This document shows, piece by piece, positions 43,258 to 52,998 of a stretch of DNA of 64,000 nucleotides. The notes beneath the pieces are model-generated. The model saw only the letters and a program-made list of their open reading frames with translations, did no database searches and was not told the DNA's origin. A program made the position numbers and the translations under genes. This DNA is from an uncultured delta proteobacterium (GTDB taxonomy: Bacteria > Desulfobacterota > RBG-13-43-22): positions 96,001 through 160,000 of the forward strand of contig CAWBOS010000010.1 in assembly GCA_963790475.1 (NCBI GenBank). Direction: 5' to 3'. How positions within the stretch are numbered: the stretch's first letter is position 1; every line of letters starts with the position of its first letter.

Positions 43258-44472
43258 TTATGACCGTTTCTTCAGGGTCTCAGGCAAAAAGCAGAGGGTA
43301 ACGACGCCCAGAAGATTAATGACACAGGTAATGGCGAGACCTGTCTGAAGACCGTAGATTTTGCCTATATAACCTATCGTATAGGGCGCCAGTACAGCGC
43401 CGATACGTCCCATATTCCAGCAGAACCCGCTTGCATATGCACGGAGGTGTTCAGGATACAACTCTGCATAGTAAGCTCCCACGGCCGCTGCAAATCCGCT
43501 CACCCCGATGCCCACTACAGCGCCCCACCAGAAAAGGAATATGGGGTTCTGTAAAATGATATAGACGCCGACGGAAAAGGCAACCAGCAGGAAGGCAGCC
43601 ATCATGGCATTCCGGCGTCCTATCTTATCAGCCATATAGCCGAAGACCTGGAAGCCGATGAACATGCCAACATACATAAAGAGGGAAAAGTTGGCCATGG
43701 TTATAAGGGAGAGCCCTCTCTCCTTCACAAGGAAGGTGGGGACCCAGTAGGCAATACCCCAGTAACCGGCAAGGTTGCACATGCTCACGAGGGTGGCCAA
43801 AATGGTGGTCTTGAGCAGCCCTTTCTCAAATATTGCGCCGATCCTGACCTTTTCTTTCTTTGACGCAGGAGCCAGGGCTGTTCCCTTTTTGTTGTCTGAC
43901 GGTATGAGCCATCCGACAATGAATGCGAGGATAATCGAGCAGACTCCCAGAAGGAAGAGGACCCGCCAGTCCAGGTTGAGCACCAGTCTGCCCACGAGCG
44001 ATGCGAGTACGGCGCCGATCGCAAAGCTGCTTACAAAAAAAGAGGCGGCCCGGGCGCGAAAGGCTGGCGCCCAGTGCTCGACCATCAGGGCAGCGCAAGG
44101 GCCCCAGAGACCGCCTATGGCAAGGCCGGTAAAGAATCTGAGGGCCATCCACTGAGTCCAGGTTGAGACAAAGTAGACACAACCCATACCGATGCCCAGC
44201 CAGACGAGGGTCAGAACAAGGGTAAATCGCCTGCCGTAATTCTCTGCGAGGAGGCCAAAGACGATGGAGCCTGCCATGGCCCCCACCATCGTGGCCGAGC
44301 CGAGAAGCCCCCCTTCAGGCAGGGAAATGTTGAGCACCTTGAGCAAGACCGGCATGGCAATGGCCAGGACGATGAGGTCGTAGCTGTCAACTAAATAGGA
44401 AAAAAAGGAGGCCCACAGCACACGCCAGCGGTACACAGTGCCCGTGGCAGTTTCGTAAATAGGTTCAGTCAT
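43258..44472 (-). CDS. MFS transporter (aromatic acid:H+ symporter-like)
   Basis: 12-TM pattern, DSYD, G.LAE.YGRR, ADKIGRR, ELYP..LRA. Confidence 0.9.
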   Translation of the reverse strand: MTEPIYETATGTVYRWRVLWASFFSYLVDSYDLIVLAIAMPVLLKVLNISLPEGGLLGSATMVGAMAGSIVFGLLAENYGRRFTLVLTLVWLGIGMGCVYFVSTWTQWMALRFFTGLAIGGLWGPCAALMVEHWAPAFRARAASFFVSSFAIGAVLASLVGRLVLNLDWRVLFLLGVCSIILAFIVGWLIPSDNKKGTALAPASKKEKVRIGAIFEKGLLKTTILATLVSMCNLAGYWGIAYWVPTFLVKERGLSLITMANFSLFMYVGMFIGFQVFGYMADKIGRRNAMMAAFLLVAFSVGVYIILQNPIFLFWWGAVVGIGVSGFAAAVGAYYAELYPEHLRAYASGFCWNMGRIGAVLAPYTIGYIGKIYGLQTGLAITCVINLLGVVTLCFLPETLKKRS

Positions 44473-44804
44473 CGATTCCCCCGTACTCTTTTTTATAGTC
44501 GTTCAAAGATATTTTCCAAGAAGAAATAGAAATCAAATGAATTATATATTCTATCGCAACATGTGGCTACATATCAATACTCAAATGCGTTTTTGTATGG
44601 GATGAGTGACAAAGGGAGGGTGGGGATAAGGATGATATGGTTATTGATAGTTATTGATTGTCCTGATTACAGTGCATTACAAAATTCTTCCTGACAACGA
44701 ATCTGTCAACCCTTAGCCACATTGAAGCAAGCAGCGCCCAAGCCTTCACCTACGAAGCAAGAGGTCGGATGGTAGCAAGAGTTGATGATTTACGTTTGGA
44801 AGAG

Positions 44805-44864
44805 AGCATACGGTTTGGCGCTGAGCGACTGTCGCAGCCAGTCCGCTCGAGCGGCTTGTTCAAG
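44805..44864 (+). other. Degenerate attC-like recombination site
   Basis: GCATA(-)C GGTTTGGCG CTGAGCGACTG..CAGTCCGCTCGAG CGGCTT GTTCAAG: imperfect palindrome with unpaired bases; R'' lacks one A. Confidence 0.55.
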
Positions 44865-45021
44865 TAAGCCCCCTTGCGGCAGAACCCTTTTTTGTAATCA
44901 TTTCTGGTAAATCTCTTTAGAATCCATTCGATAGGACGTATAATGTTTAGTCAAGTATGATACTTCAAAACCCCTCCCAATGGGAAGGGGCAAGTCTTTT
45001 TATGAAGAAAGGAGAAGTATC

Positions 45022-45126
45022 ATGATGGCCAATTGGTATGACAAAACGATCCAAGCCCTTCAACTCAACGGCAAAGGGGAGCGCACCCAGAAGGCCTATG
45101 CCTACTCGGCCTTCTGGGTCTATTAA
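45022..45126 (+). pseudogene. N-terminal remnant of a tyrosine recombinase (SAM-like domain)
   Basis: RBS AAAGGAG; MMANWYDKTIQALQLNGKGERTQKAY then an early stop. Confidence 0.65.
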
Positions 45127-45203
45127 TAAGCCCGTGATCAACATCCCTGATCAATTTATTTCTAACCCTTACCTTATATAGATCACCAAAAATATTCATG
45201 CTT

Positions 45204-45265
45204 CTTGAACAATGGATTAATACGACCGTACTGGATCGTCTCAATCCTTAGTTAGTGGTTAGGCC
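45204..45265 (-). other. attC-like site downstream of the nuclease gene
   Basis: Minus strand GCCTAAC CACTAAC TAAGG ATTGAGACGATC..GGTCGTATTAAT CCATT GTTCAAG, starting 12 nt after the stop. Confidence 0.45.
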
Positions 45266-45276
45266 GATGAATTTCC

Positions 45277-46152
45277 CTATTTTTTGCCCACGATGAAATA
45301 AGTGCGAAAATATTCAAGATTTTTGGAGCTAATTCCTTTTACTTTGAGCAAATCATCTACGGTTCTATATGGGCGGCCGGCTATAATTCTTTGAGCAAGA
45401 ACTGGACCGATACCTTTTATAGACTGAAGTTCTTTTTCAGCGGCAGTGTTAAGGTTTACTAAACCCTGTGGAGATTTGGCTTTTGTTACCTGATCCCGTA
45501 TTTCCTGTAATTCACGATCTTCACTGCGTTGTTTAGAGCGGAGTTCCGCAATTCGATCCGGATCACTCTCCGCCCAAACGCCAACACGTTTCAACATGGC
45601 CGAAATCTCAAAATCCCGCAGCCTTTTAACCATTTCATCCCGTGTAACTCCGTCGAACGTTTCCCTCCCCATGCCGTATGTCCGGGCAAAACCATTTTTA
45701 ACGAGCAGGCTCGCCAAATCATTTCCGTCAGCAGTGGTGATGAATCCATATACTCGGCCATTGGATGACCTTCCTAACGCACTTGCAAAGGCTGTATAAA
45801 CAGTAAAAGGTTTAACAAGGACATGATTAACAAAGGTTTTTGCTTCGTTACCGAAATGAATAGTACGTTTTACATCAGACAATCCAAAATAACGTGTTTG
45901 TTCCCGGACCCTCTGTACATCACCTGTAAAAGCAATTAAGGTTTCAGGACAGTCCACAAAATAAAGCCTCACATGGAAAGATCTCCCATTGGCTTCCACA
46001 AGAAAGCTATCCCCATCATTTGCTGGATCATTTATCAATCTCACATTGGAGAACATTTGCAAATCAGCAGAAAATGACGGAGAAATGCCTCCAAACATCA
46101 GCACTGCTGTTACGAATAAAAACCCGATTGTCGGTTGAATAAGATTTTTCAT
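45277..46152 (-). CDS. Secreted SNase-like nuclease domain plus ComEA-type helix-hairpin-helix domain
   Basis: Signal peptide, NDGDSF, VRLYFVDCPE, LVKNGFAR; VNLNTA..ELQSIKGIGPVLAQRII. Confidence 0.85.
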   Translation of the reverse strand: MKNLIQPTIGFLFVTAVLMFGGISPSFSADLQMFSNVRLINDPANDGDSFLVEANGRSFHVRLYFVDCPETLIAFTGDVQRVREQTRYFGLSDVKRTIHFGNEAKTFVNHVLVKPFTVYTAFASALGRSSNGRVYGFITTADGNDLASLLVKNGFARTYGMGRETFDGVTRDEMVKRLRDFEISAMLKRVGVWAESDPDRIAELRSKQRSEDRELQEIRDQVTKAKSPQGLVNLNTAAEKELQSIKGIGPVLAQRIIAGRPYRTVDDLLKVKGISSKNLEYFRTYFIVGKK

Positions 46153-46435
46153 AACGTAACCTTAAGGGTCAACAAGTTATTCTAAAGTTTCTGTATAACA
46201 CCCCAACTCAAGTAATCTCTTCGGGGATATAAACAAAGACCATTGGCTGATATTGGACGTCCAACGGTACGGCACCCTTTTTAAATTCCAGATGACCTAT
46301 TATAAAAGATAAATATTATCATGACAAATTAATTTCTGGCGTTATTTCTTTGAATGATATATTTGATGCTCATCCGTAGAGAATATTTTTGGGAGAGAGT
46401 TGACAGCGAAAAGATCAGGAAAGGAGAAAGATAAA

Positions 46436-46714
46436 ATGAAACGGGTCACGGAAAATGTTTTTGTGGAAACCGGTTATCGAGGATGTAATCCGGGTTTTGT
46501 GAAGACCTCGGAAGGGGTGGTGATGATCGACACCCCCCAGATCCCCAGAGATGCCCTGGCCTACCGGGAGATTGTTCAAAAACAGGGTAAGGTCATTTAT
46601 TTGATCAACACCGAACCGCACGGCGATCATTATACAGGCAATTTCTTTTTCGATGCCGTCTGCGTGCCCATCAAGGGACCAGAGAAGTTATGATGAAATC
46701 GTCGTTGGACGTCC
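46436..46714 (+). pseudogene. Truncated duplicate of the MBL-fold hydrolase gene
   Basis: Near-identical to 47690-47965 (TEPHGDH); 1-nt deletion near 46666; upstream region also duplicated from 46295. Confidence 0.9.
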
Positions 46715-46912
46715 CGGCATGTACATGGAGGGACGCGGGTGGTAAAACAACTTAAGGATTATCTTAAATTCTGAATTTCAATTTCCGAAGGCACCTAATC
46801 TGGTTTGCCTTGGCCTGCTTTTTTCTTCATTTTTATATCTCTATTTGCAAAGTTGCCTTTGCACTAGCGTCTCCGTTTACGATTGCCGGAAACCCCGGCC
46901 ATTTGTTGTAAA

Positions 46913-47491
46913 TTATGAACGAGGCTGAGATAACCTTTTCAGGTCTTCCCGTAGTTGCCCTATCAGCGCAATTTGCTTTTGCTGGATGGCTATTAGATCG
47001 TTCCACTGCTTCTCTCTGAGCCTGTCTATTTTTTCATTAAGGGCCATTATCTCAAGTTCCGCCTTGAGGTTGACTTCATAGTCATGTTGGGCTCTGTGGC
47101 GATCTTTATCGTCCTGCCGATTCTGCGACATCAGAATGATGGGTGCTTGAATGGCTCCAAGCATGGATAAAACGAGGTTTAGCAGAATATAGGGATAGGG
47201 ATCGAATTCCTTGCTTATCTTGATGAGGAGGAAAGAGTTGAGTGCGATCCAGGCAAAGAAGATCAGGCAGAAAATGGTGATGAAGGGCCAGGAGCCACCG
47301 AAAGCCGCCACCTTGTCAGCAATCCGCTGGCCGTGGGTCAGTTGCTCATCGTATTCCCTGACCATGTCCTTCGATATCGGAGTCCGTTCGTGAAGATGAT
47401 AAGCGATTTCTTTTTCTTTTTCACCGAACTCCTTACAGCTTCGTTGAAGGATGCTCTCCGGTGTGCACTGCTCCATCTCGTCGGTGGCCAT
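46913..47491 (-). CDS. DUF1003 membrane protein
   Basis: ADKVAAFGGSW, FDPYPYILLNL, QAPIILMSQNRQ, VNLKAELEI. Confidence 0.92.
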   Translation of the reverse strand: MATDEMEQCTPESILQRSCKEFGEKEKEIAYHLHERTPISKDMVREYDEQLTHGQRIADKVAAFGGSWPFITIFCLIFFAWIALNSFLLIKISKEFDPYPYILLNLVLSMLGAIQAPIILMSQNRQDDKDRHRAQHDYEVNLKAELEIMALNEKIDRLREKQWNDLIAIQQKQIALIGQLREDLKRLSQPRS

Positions 47492-47689
47492 AGAGACCTC
47501 CATTTTCTCTACCCTGAATTTTTGTTTTTTATACTTCTTATGTTACTTTGAAAGGAAATCTTGGTACCTATTATAAAAGATAAATATTATCTTGACAATT
47601 TCTTTCAACCGGTTATTTCTTGAAAGATAAAAATGATGTCCATCCGTATAGAATTGTCAGCGAAAAGATCGGGAAAGGAGGAAGATCAA

Positions 47690-48514
47690 ATGAACCAGGT
47701 CACGAAAAATATTTTTGTGGAAACCGGTTATCGAGGATGTAATCCGGGTTTTGTGAAGACCTCGGAAGGGGTGGTGATGATCGACACCCCCCAGATTCCC
47801 AGAGATGCCCTGGCCTACCGGGAGATTGTTCAAAAACAGGGTAAGGTAATTTATTTGATCAACACCGAACCGCACGGCGATCATTATACGGGCAATTTCT
47901 TTTTCGATGCTGTCTGCGTGGCCCATCAGGGGACTCGGGAAGCCATGAGGCAAGCATCATTGGAGGCCTTGAAAGAAAGGATAAAATTACTGGATCCCGG
48001 TTTCGAACCCCATCTGGATACCTACCGGATAAAACTGCCGACCATCACTTTCGATCGGTCCATGCGTTTGTATGTGGGCAACCATACCTTCGAACTGTTC
48101 CACCTTCCCGGCCATACGGCCAGCGAAACAGCGGTCTTTATTCCGGAGGAACGAACCGCTTTCACCGGGGATAATATCTTTAATCAGGTGCAGTCTTTTC
48201 TTCATGAAGCCTGGCCGAAGGAGTGGCTTGAGTCGCTGGAGGCGCTAAAAAAATTGGATGCGGATCATTATATCCCCGGACACGGGGAGGTCTGCGGCAA
48301 GGCCTATCTGGATGAACAGGCCTCATTTATCAAGGACTGGATCAATTCCATCCGGGAAGCGATCAAGAAAGGATGGACTTTGGATGAGGCCCAGAAGCTT
48401 ATCTCATTTCTGAACCGTTATCCCATGGGGGCGGGTATGGAGGCCTTCGGCCCAGAGCTGCAGAAAATGAATGTGGCCCGTCTTTACGCCCTGGCTATGG
48501 AGGGAAGGCTTTAA
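47690..48514 (+). CDS. MBL-fold metallo-hydrolase (cyclase-like)
   Basis: TEPHGDH, PGHT, FTGD, IPGHG; RBS AAGGAGG. Confidence 0.9.
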   Translation: MNQVTKNIFVETGYRGCNPGFVKTSEGVVMIDTPQIPRDALAYREIVQKQGKVIYLINTEPHGDHYTGNFFFDAVCVAHQGTREAMRQASLEALKERIKLLDPGFEPHLDTYRIKLPTITFDRSMRLYVGNHTFELFHLPGHTASETAVFIPEERTAFTGDNIFNQVQSFLHEAWPKEWLESLEALKKLDADHYIPGHGEVCGKAYLDEQASFIKDWINSIREAIKKGWTLDEAQKLISFLNRYPMGAGMEAFGPELQKMNVARLYALAMEGRL

Positions 48515-48665
48515 CACGAAAAATACCGTTCGTCGTTAAGCGTTCGGGTCTAAAGAGCTCCAAGCCAAAAACAAACGGGTAAAAAGTTTGGAGTTCGGAG
48601 ATAAAAGGTCAAAGAAAGAACAAGGCAGGTTCGGAGTAGGGGAATAGGAGGAAAGAAAAGAATGT

Positions 48666-48698
48666 AAAAAAAGGGCGGGTTTTATCCCGCCCTTTTTT
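48666..48698. terminator. Bidirectional intrinsic terminator
   Basis: AAAAAAAGGGCGGG-TTTTAT-CCCGCCCTTTTTT between convergent genes. Confidence 0.85.
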
Positions 48699-48747
48699 AT
48701 CTCAAGCACGAAGGCTTAAGCGATAAAGCCTATCCTAAACGGAATGC

Positions 48748-50196
48748 TTACTTAACGGCCTTCAGTAAGGATTCAGGCATGGTCCAGGGAGATTTCATTG
48801 GCTGCTGATAATCCGGGTGATCCGTGGGGATTCCCAGACCGCGTTTGGCAATGGCCTTGAATTTTTCCCAATCGGCCATCTGATAAACCACCATCCTCTG
48901 GGTGGCCAGAGAGCCTTCGGCATGGATAGTCAGGACGCCGCCGAAGGTCGAGCCCATGCGGATGACCGCGTTAACGGCCTTGATCCGATCTTCAGCCGAG
49001 AAGCGGGCATCACCTTGCAGATACTTATCCATATACTTTTTGACTTCAGGATTCTCATAATCCTTCGTGGAAGGAATGGTGGCGGCAATACCGCCGGTGA
49101 TATCCTGGACATACTTCATGGCTTCATGCCACTGGGAGGCAAACCAGTACTTGGCGCAGTTGGTGTAAACCGGATTTGGTAAAGCAAATCCCGTTTCCGG
49201 ATCGATAACCGGGGCCAGGGCAGCGGCTTTTCCCAAGGCCTCGGTGACATCGGCATACATGGCCAGCCAGGCCAGCATGTCCTGGATCCGGGTGGCATGG
49301 GTCAAACCGTTATATTCGGCCATCAACATGGCGGTACCGGCCACATGCTGCAATTGGACGTGCTTGTAAGTGGCGGCGGTTAGGCGATGATAACGGGCGA
49401 AAGAAGTGGCATAGACCCGGGAGAACTGCCATTCACCGCAGAGAAACACCCTTTCCCAGGGCACAAAGACGTTATCAAAAATGATCATGGGGTGGCCGCC
49501 GTTCTCGGAGCCGGCCGTGGCCAGGAACTTCACGCCCTTGGCCCCGCAGGGGACGGCACAGGATACGGCATAATCCTTGCCGGTTTCGTTATGGTTGCGG
49601 GAAGGGAGGACGATCAATTCATTGGATAGAATAGAATCGCTGATGTGCAGTTTACAACCGACAATGGTGATGCCTTCCTTGTTTTTGTCAACCACCCGGA
49701 CATAAAAGTCCTTGTGGGCCTGTCTGGGGTCTTCGGCATGCAGTCTCCGGTTACCCTTGGGGTCGCTGACTGCGGCGCAGAGGCTGGGGTCGTTTTTCTT
49801 GCACCAGGCCCGATAGGCCTTCATGTTCTCGGCATAATGGGTGCCCATGGCCGCATCCATTTTTTCACAGGCATAGGCCACACCGTTCAAACTGTCGATA
49901 CCGGTAAGCCGGGAACCGCCGATTCGATTGCTGGTCAGGGTCGTGAGAATTTGCCTGCGTCTTTGCAGGTGTTCCCCGGTTGTGGGTACGTTAAAGGAGA
50001 AGGAGACCTCCTCGCCGTCCTCCACCATATTGAACAGCTCCCGATACTTCGGCTGGGTAGAAATCCAGAATTCGGCCGCGGAGCGCTCCACCGCCTCTTT
50101 GTAACGGGTAGGCACGTCTTTTACCAGTTCCCCGTCCTGATAGACCACTCTTCCATCTCTTAAACTTTCAACATACTGTTCCGGTGTCTTAACCAT
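48748..50196 (-). CDS. HpaB/AbfD-family flavoprotein
   Basis: KTPEQYVESLRDGR, AVSDPKGNR, G.K.H, FDNVFVPWERVF, QDITGG, HAEGS. Confidence 0.85.
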   Translation of the reverse strand: MVKTPEQYVESLRDGRVVYQDGELVKDVPTRYKEAVERSAAEFWISTQPKYRELFNMVEDGEEVSFSFNVPTTGEHLQRRRQILTTLTSNRIGGSRLTGIDSLNGVAYACEKMDAAMGTHYAENMKAYRAWCKKNDPSLCAAVSDPKGNRRLHAEDPRQAHKDFYVRVVDKNKEGITIVGCKLHISDSILSNELIVLPSRNHNETGKDYAVSCAVPCGAKGVKFLATAGSENGGHPMIIFDNVFVPWERVFLCGEWQFSRVYATSFARYHRLTAATYKHVQLQHVAGTAMLMAEYNGLTHATRIQDMLAWLAMYADVTEALGKAAALAPVIDPETGFALPNPVYTNCAKYWFASQWHEAMKYVQDITGGIAATIPSTKDYENPEVKKYMDKYLQGDARFSAEDRIKAVNAVIRMGSTFGGVLTIHAEGSLATQRMVVYQMADWEKFKAIAKRGLGIPTDHPDYQQPMKSPWTMPESLLKAVK

Positions 50197-50338
50197 TGTT
50201 GTTCCTTTCTAATATTAGATTTGTCGGTTAAAATCTCATGATTTAATTATCTTTAAGAATCCTCGGTTGATATCTTAAATCACCTCCTCAAACATTCCCG
50301 ATATCCGGGAATCAGCAAGCTGTTCACCTACCTTATAA

Positions 50339-50355
50339 ACTTAAATAGTTTAAGT
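50339..50355. promoter_or_regulatory. Palindromic operator overlapping a minus-strand -35 box
   Basis: ACTTAAA-TAG-TTTAAGT; minus strand TTGACT-17nt-TAAGGT. Confidence 0.55.
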
Positions 50356-50389
50356 CAAGATATTTTCAATTTGAAGTAAATTCTAAAGA

Positions 50390-50848
50390 TTAGAGGTCTT
50401 CCCTCAAGGTAACCCCCAGTTTTTTAAGCAGGCGGCCCAGATCCAGCTGCTCCTGCTCGGTTAGAACTGAAGCCATTTTCGTCAGATACCCGGCATGGCG
50501 GGCGAAAGAGTCGTCGAATACTTTTTTCCCTTTCGAAGTAAAACGAACCAGGATAGACCGGCGATCATCCTCGCTGGGAACACGTTCCACCAGGCCGTCT
50601 TTTTCCAGATTGTCGACCACGACCGTCATGTTCCCTCCGCTGACCAGCATTTTCTTACACAATTCTCCCATCATCATCGGGCCCAGGTGCCCCAGACATT
50701 CGATAACGGCATATTGGGCTGCTGTGATGCCGAAGTTCTTCAGATGATCGGCATTTTTTTTGTTGAAGGTTGCATAGCTTCTTATCAATTTCACCCACAT
50801 ACTCAGGGCGGTATCGATCTTTTTCCCGTACTTGATTGTATTTTTCAT
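50390..50848 (-). CDS. MarR-family regulator
   Basis: SGGNMTVVVDNLEKDGLVER..DDRR..T.KG. Confidence 0.93.
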   Translation of the reverse strand: MKNTIKYGKKIDTALSMWVKLIRSYATFNKKNADHLKNFGITAAQYAVIECLGHLGPMMMGELCKKMLVSGGNMTVVVDNLEKDGLVERVPSEDDRRSILVRFTSKGKKVFDDSFARHAGYLTKMASVLTEQEQLDLGRLLKKLGVTLREDL

Positions 50849-50862
50849 AGGTTTAAGACCAA

Positions 50863-51660
50863 TCAGGCTTTCATGCCGGGTAGGTTGAGTGAAGCAGTAT
50901 TGCCGCCATCGACCGGGAGGGCCTGGCCGGTGATATAGCTGGCGTCATCGCTGGCCAGAAAAAGAATGGCAGCAGCCACCTCTTTGGGATGGCCATATCG
51001 CCTTAATTCACAACGATATCCCATTTTTTCAATTTTCCCCGTTGACCTGGCATAATCAAAGGCCCGTTTGGTCATCCCTGTTTCAATCAAACCCGGGCAA
51101 ACGGCATTGACCCGCACACCGAATCCTCCCAGATCACAGGCCGAGGTCTGGGTAAAATTGATCAAGGCGGCCTTGCTGGCGCTGTAGGCATTGCCTCCGG
51201 CTCCCCCGCGAATCCCGGCTACCGAGGAGGTATTGACAATGGCCCCGGTTTTTCTGGCCATCATGTGCCCGGCCACATGCTTAGACGCAAAAACAGCCCC
51301 TAAGACATTGACCCCGTACACCCTCATCCAGGTCTCCTCACTCTCATTCACTAAACTGGCCAGGTCACCGCCGATGCCGGCGTTATTGCAGAGGATATCG
51401 ATTTGGGAGTAAGTTTTCAGGGCCAGATCGATCAGGGCCTTGACTTCCGCCTCGACGGCTACGTTGGTTATTCGGCCAGTTGCCTCTCCGCCTTCTTCTT
51501 TAATCAAATCCAGTGTCTCGTTTAAACCTTTTTCATTGACATCGGCCAGGACCAGTTTGGCGCCCTCGGTGGCGAATAAAATGGCTGTCGCCCGGCCGAT
51601 TCCGTTGGCGGCCCCGGTGATAATGGCCACCTTTCCAGACAATCTTCCCTTTGTCTCCAT
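50863..51660 (-). CDS. SDR oxidoreductase
   Basis: TGAANGIG, NNAG, YSASK. Confidence 0.95.
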   Translation of the reverse strand: METKGRLSGKVAIITGAANGIGRATAILFATEGAKLVLADVNEKGLNETLDLIKEEGGEATGRITNVAVEAEVKALIDLALKTYSQIDILCNNAGIGGDLASLVNESEETWMRVYGVNVLGAVFASKHVAGHMMARKTGAIVNTSSVAGIRGGAGGNAYSASKAALINFTQTSACDLGGFGVRVNAVCPGLIETGMTKRAFDYARSTGKIEKMGYRCELRRYGHPKEVAAAILFLASDDASYITGQALPVDGGNTASLNLPGMKA

Positions 51661-51889
51661 GAAATCTCCTTATTTTTTTGTTTCGATCGGCCTTCTTTCA
51701 ATTAAAGTCTTAGCTGAAAACAGGCTTGCAGGCTGAAGGCGGATAGACTGAAGGAAAACGTTCGTCTGATCGTCCAAAACAAAAAATGCCAGAATGGTCT
51801 GACGGGAGATTCGGTCAGGATGATTATCCTTTTTTTACCTTCGGGCCTCGGTCTATCTACCTAAAAATTCCTTTTCTGAATTCGCCCGG

Positions 51890-52672
51890 CTATTCCGGAG
51901 AACCTGCCGTCCCGACCATGGAGCCGCCGTCGATGACTATGGTTACTCCGGTAACGTATCTTGAAGCACCGGAGGCCAGATAAAGCACAGCACCGGCCAC
52001 ATCATCCGGCTGACCCAGGAAACCGACGGGCATACGGCTGATCGCGGCAGCCCTTACCGCCGGGTCCTTCCACAGGGCTTCGGCGAGGCGCGTTTCGATC
52101 ACTCCCGGGGCAATGGCGTTGACTCGGATACCGTATTGACCCCACTCCCTGGCCATACACTGGGTCAGCATGATCAAACCGGCTTTGGTCACGCCGTAAA
52201 TGGCCAATCCACTGGCCCTTAATCCGGCAACGGAGGCCGTGTTGATAATAGATCCGCCTCCCTTTTCCTTCATAACCCTGGCCACTAACTGGCTCAGAAA
52301 GAACTGCCCCTTCAAATTGACGTTCATGGTCGTATCCCAGGCCCATTCCTCGGCATCCATCAGACTCCCGGGGTAGGGATTGGTGCCGGCATTGTTAAAT
52401 AAAACGTCAATACGGCCGAACTCTTTGACCACCTGATCGACCAACTTTTTCTGTTCGTCGAGTTTGGCTACATGAGAGGCAATGGCCTTTGCTTTTCCAT
52501 TTTTGGCTTTGATCTCTTGAACGACTCGATCCAGATCAGCCTGTTTGCGGCTGCTGACCACCACTGTCGCTCCGGCGTCGGCAAAAGCCATGGCGCTGGC
52601 CTTGCCGATTCCGCGGCTTCCGCCGGTGATGAGGGCCACTTTGCCCTCTAAAGAAAATCTGCTGCAGTCCAT
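51890..52672 (-). CDS. SDR oxidoreductase
   Basis: TGGSRGIG, NNAGTNP, YGVTK. Confidence 0.95.
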   Translation of the reverse strand: MDCSRFSLEGKVALITGGSRGIGKASAMAFADAGATVVVSSRKQADLDRVVQEIKAKNGKAKAIASHVAKLDEQKKLVDQVVKEFGRIDVLFNNAGTNPYPGSLMDAEEWAWDTTMNVNLKGQFFLSQLVARVMKEKGGGSIINTASVAGLRASGLAIYGVTKAGLIMLTQCMAREWGQYGIRVNAIAPGVIETRLAEALWKDPAVRAAAISRMPVGFLGQPDDVAGAVLYLASGASRYVTGVTIVIDGGSMVGTAGSPE

Positions 52673-52998
52673 GATGATTCTCCTTTCAATTCAGATCCAT
52701 TCAGACCGTTTATTAGGGATTAATTTTGTAAACCTGCTCCAAGGTCTTCCTACAGCTATCTCCTGGGGAACGACCCCGGTATTATTAGTTTAAATTCAAA
52801 ATATAGAAAGTCATATCATAGCCCCGGGGAAAAAGGCAACAAGGTTTTTTGTCTTCTCCGGGAGGGGGATTTTCTCTCCAAAGTCGGGTTTCAAAACCGC
52901 CTCATCATCCACTCATGCCCTTCCCATTTTCTTAAAATGGATACCGGGCCTGGAACTCCCGAATTCTCCCGACCATAATACGGACGCCCTTCCGGGGA

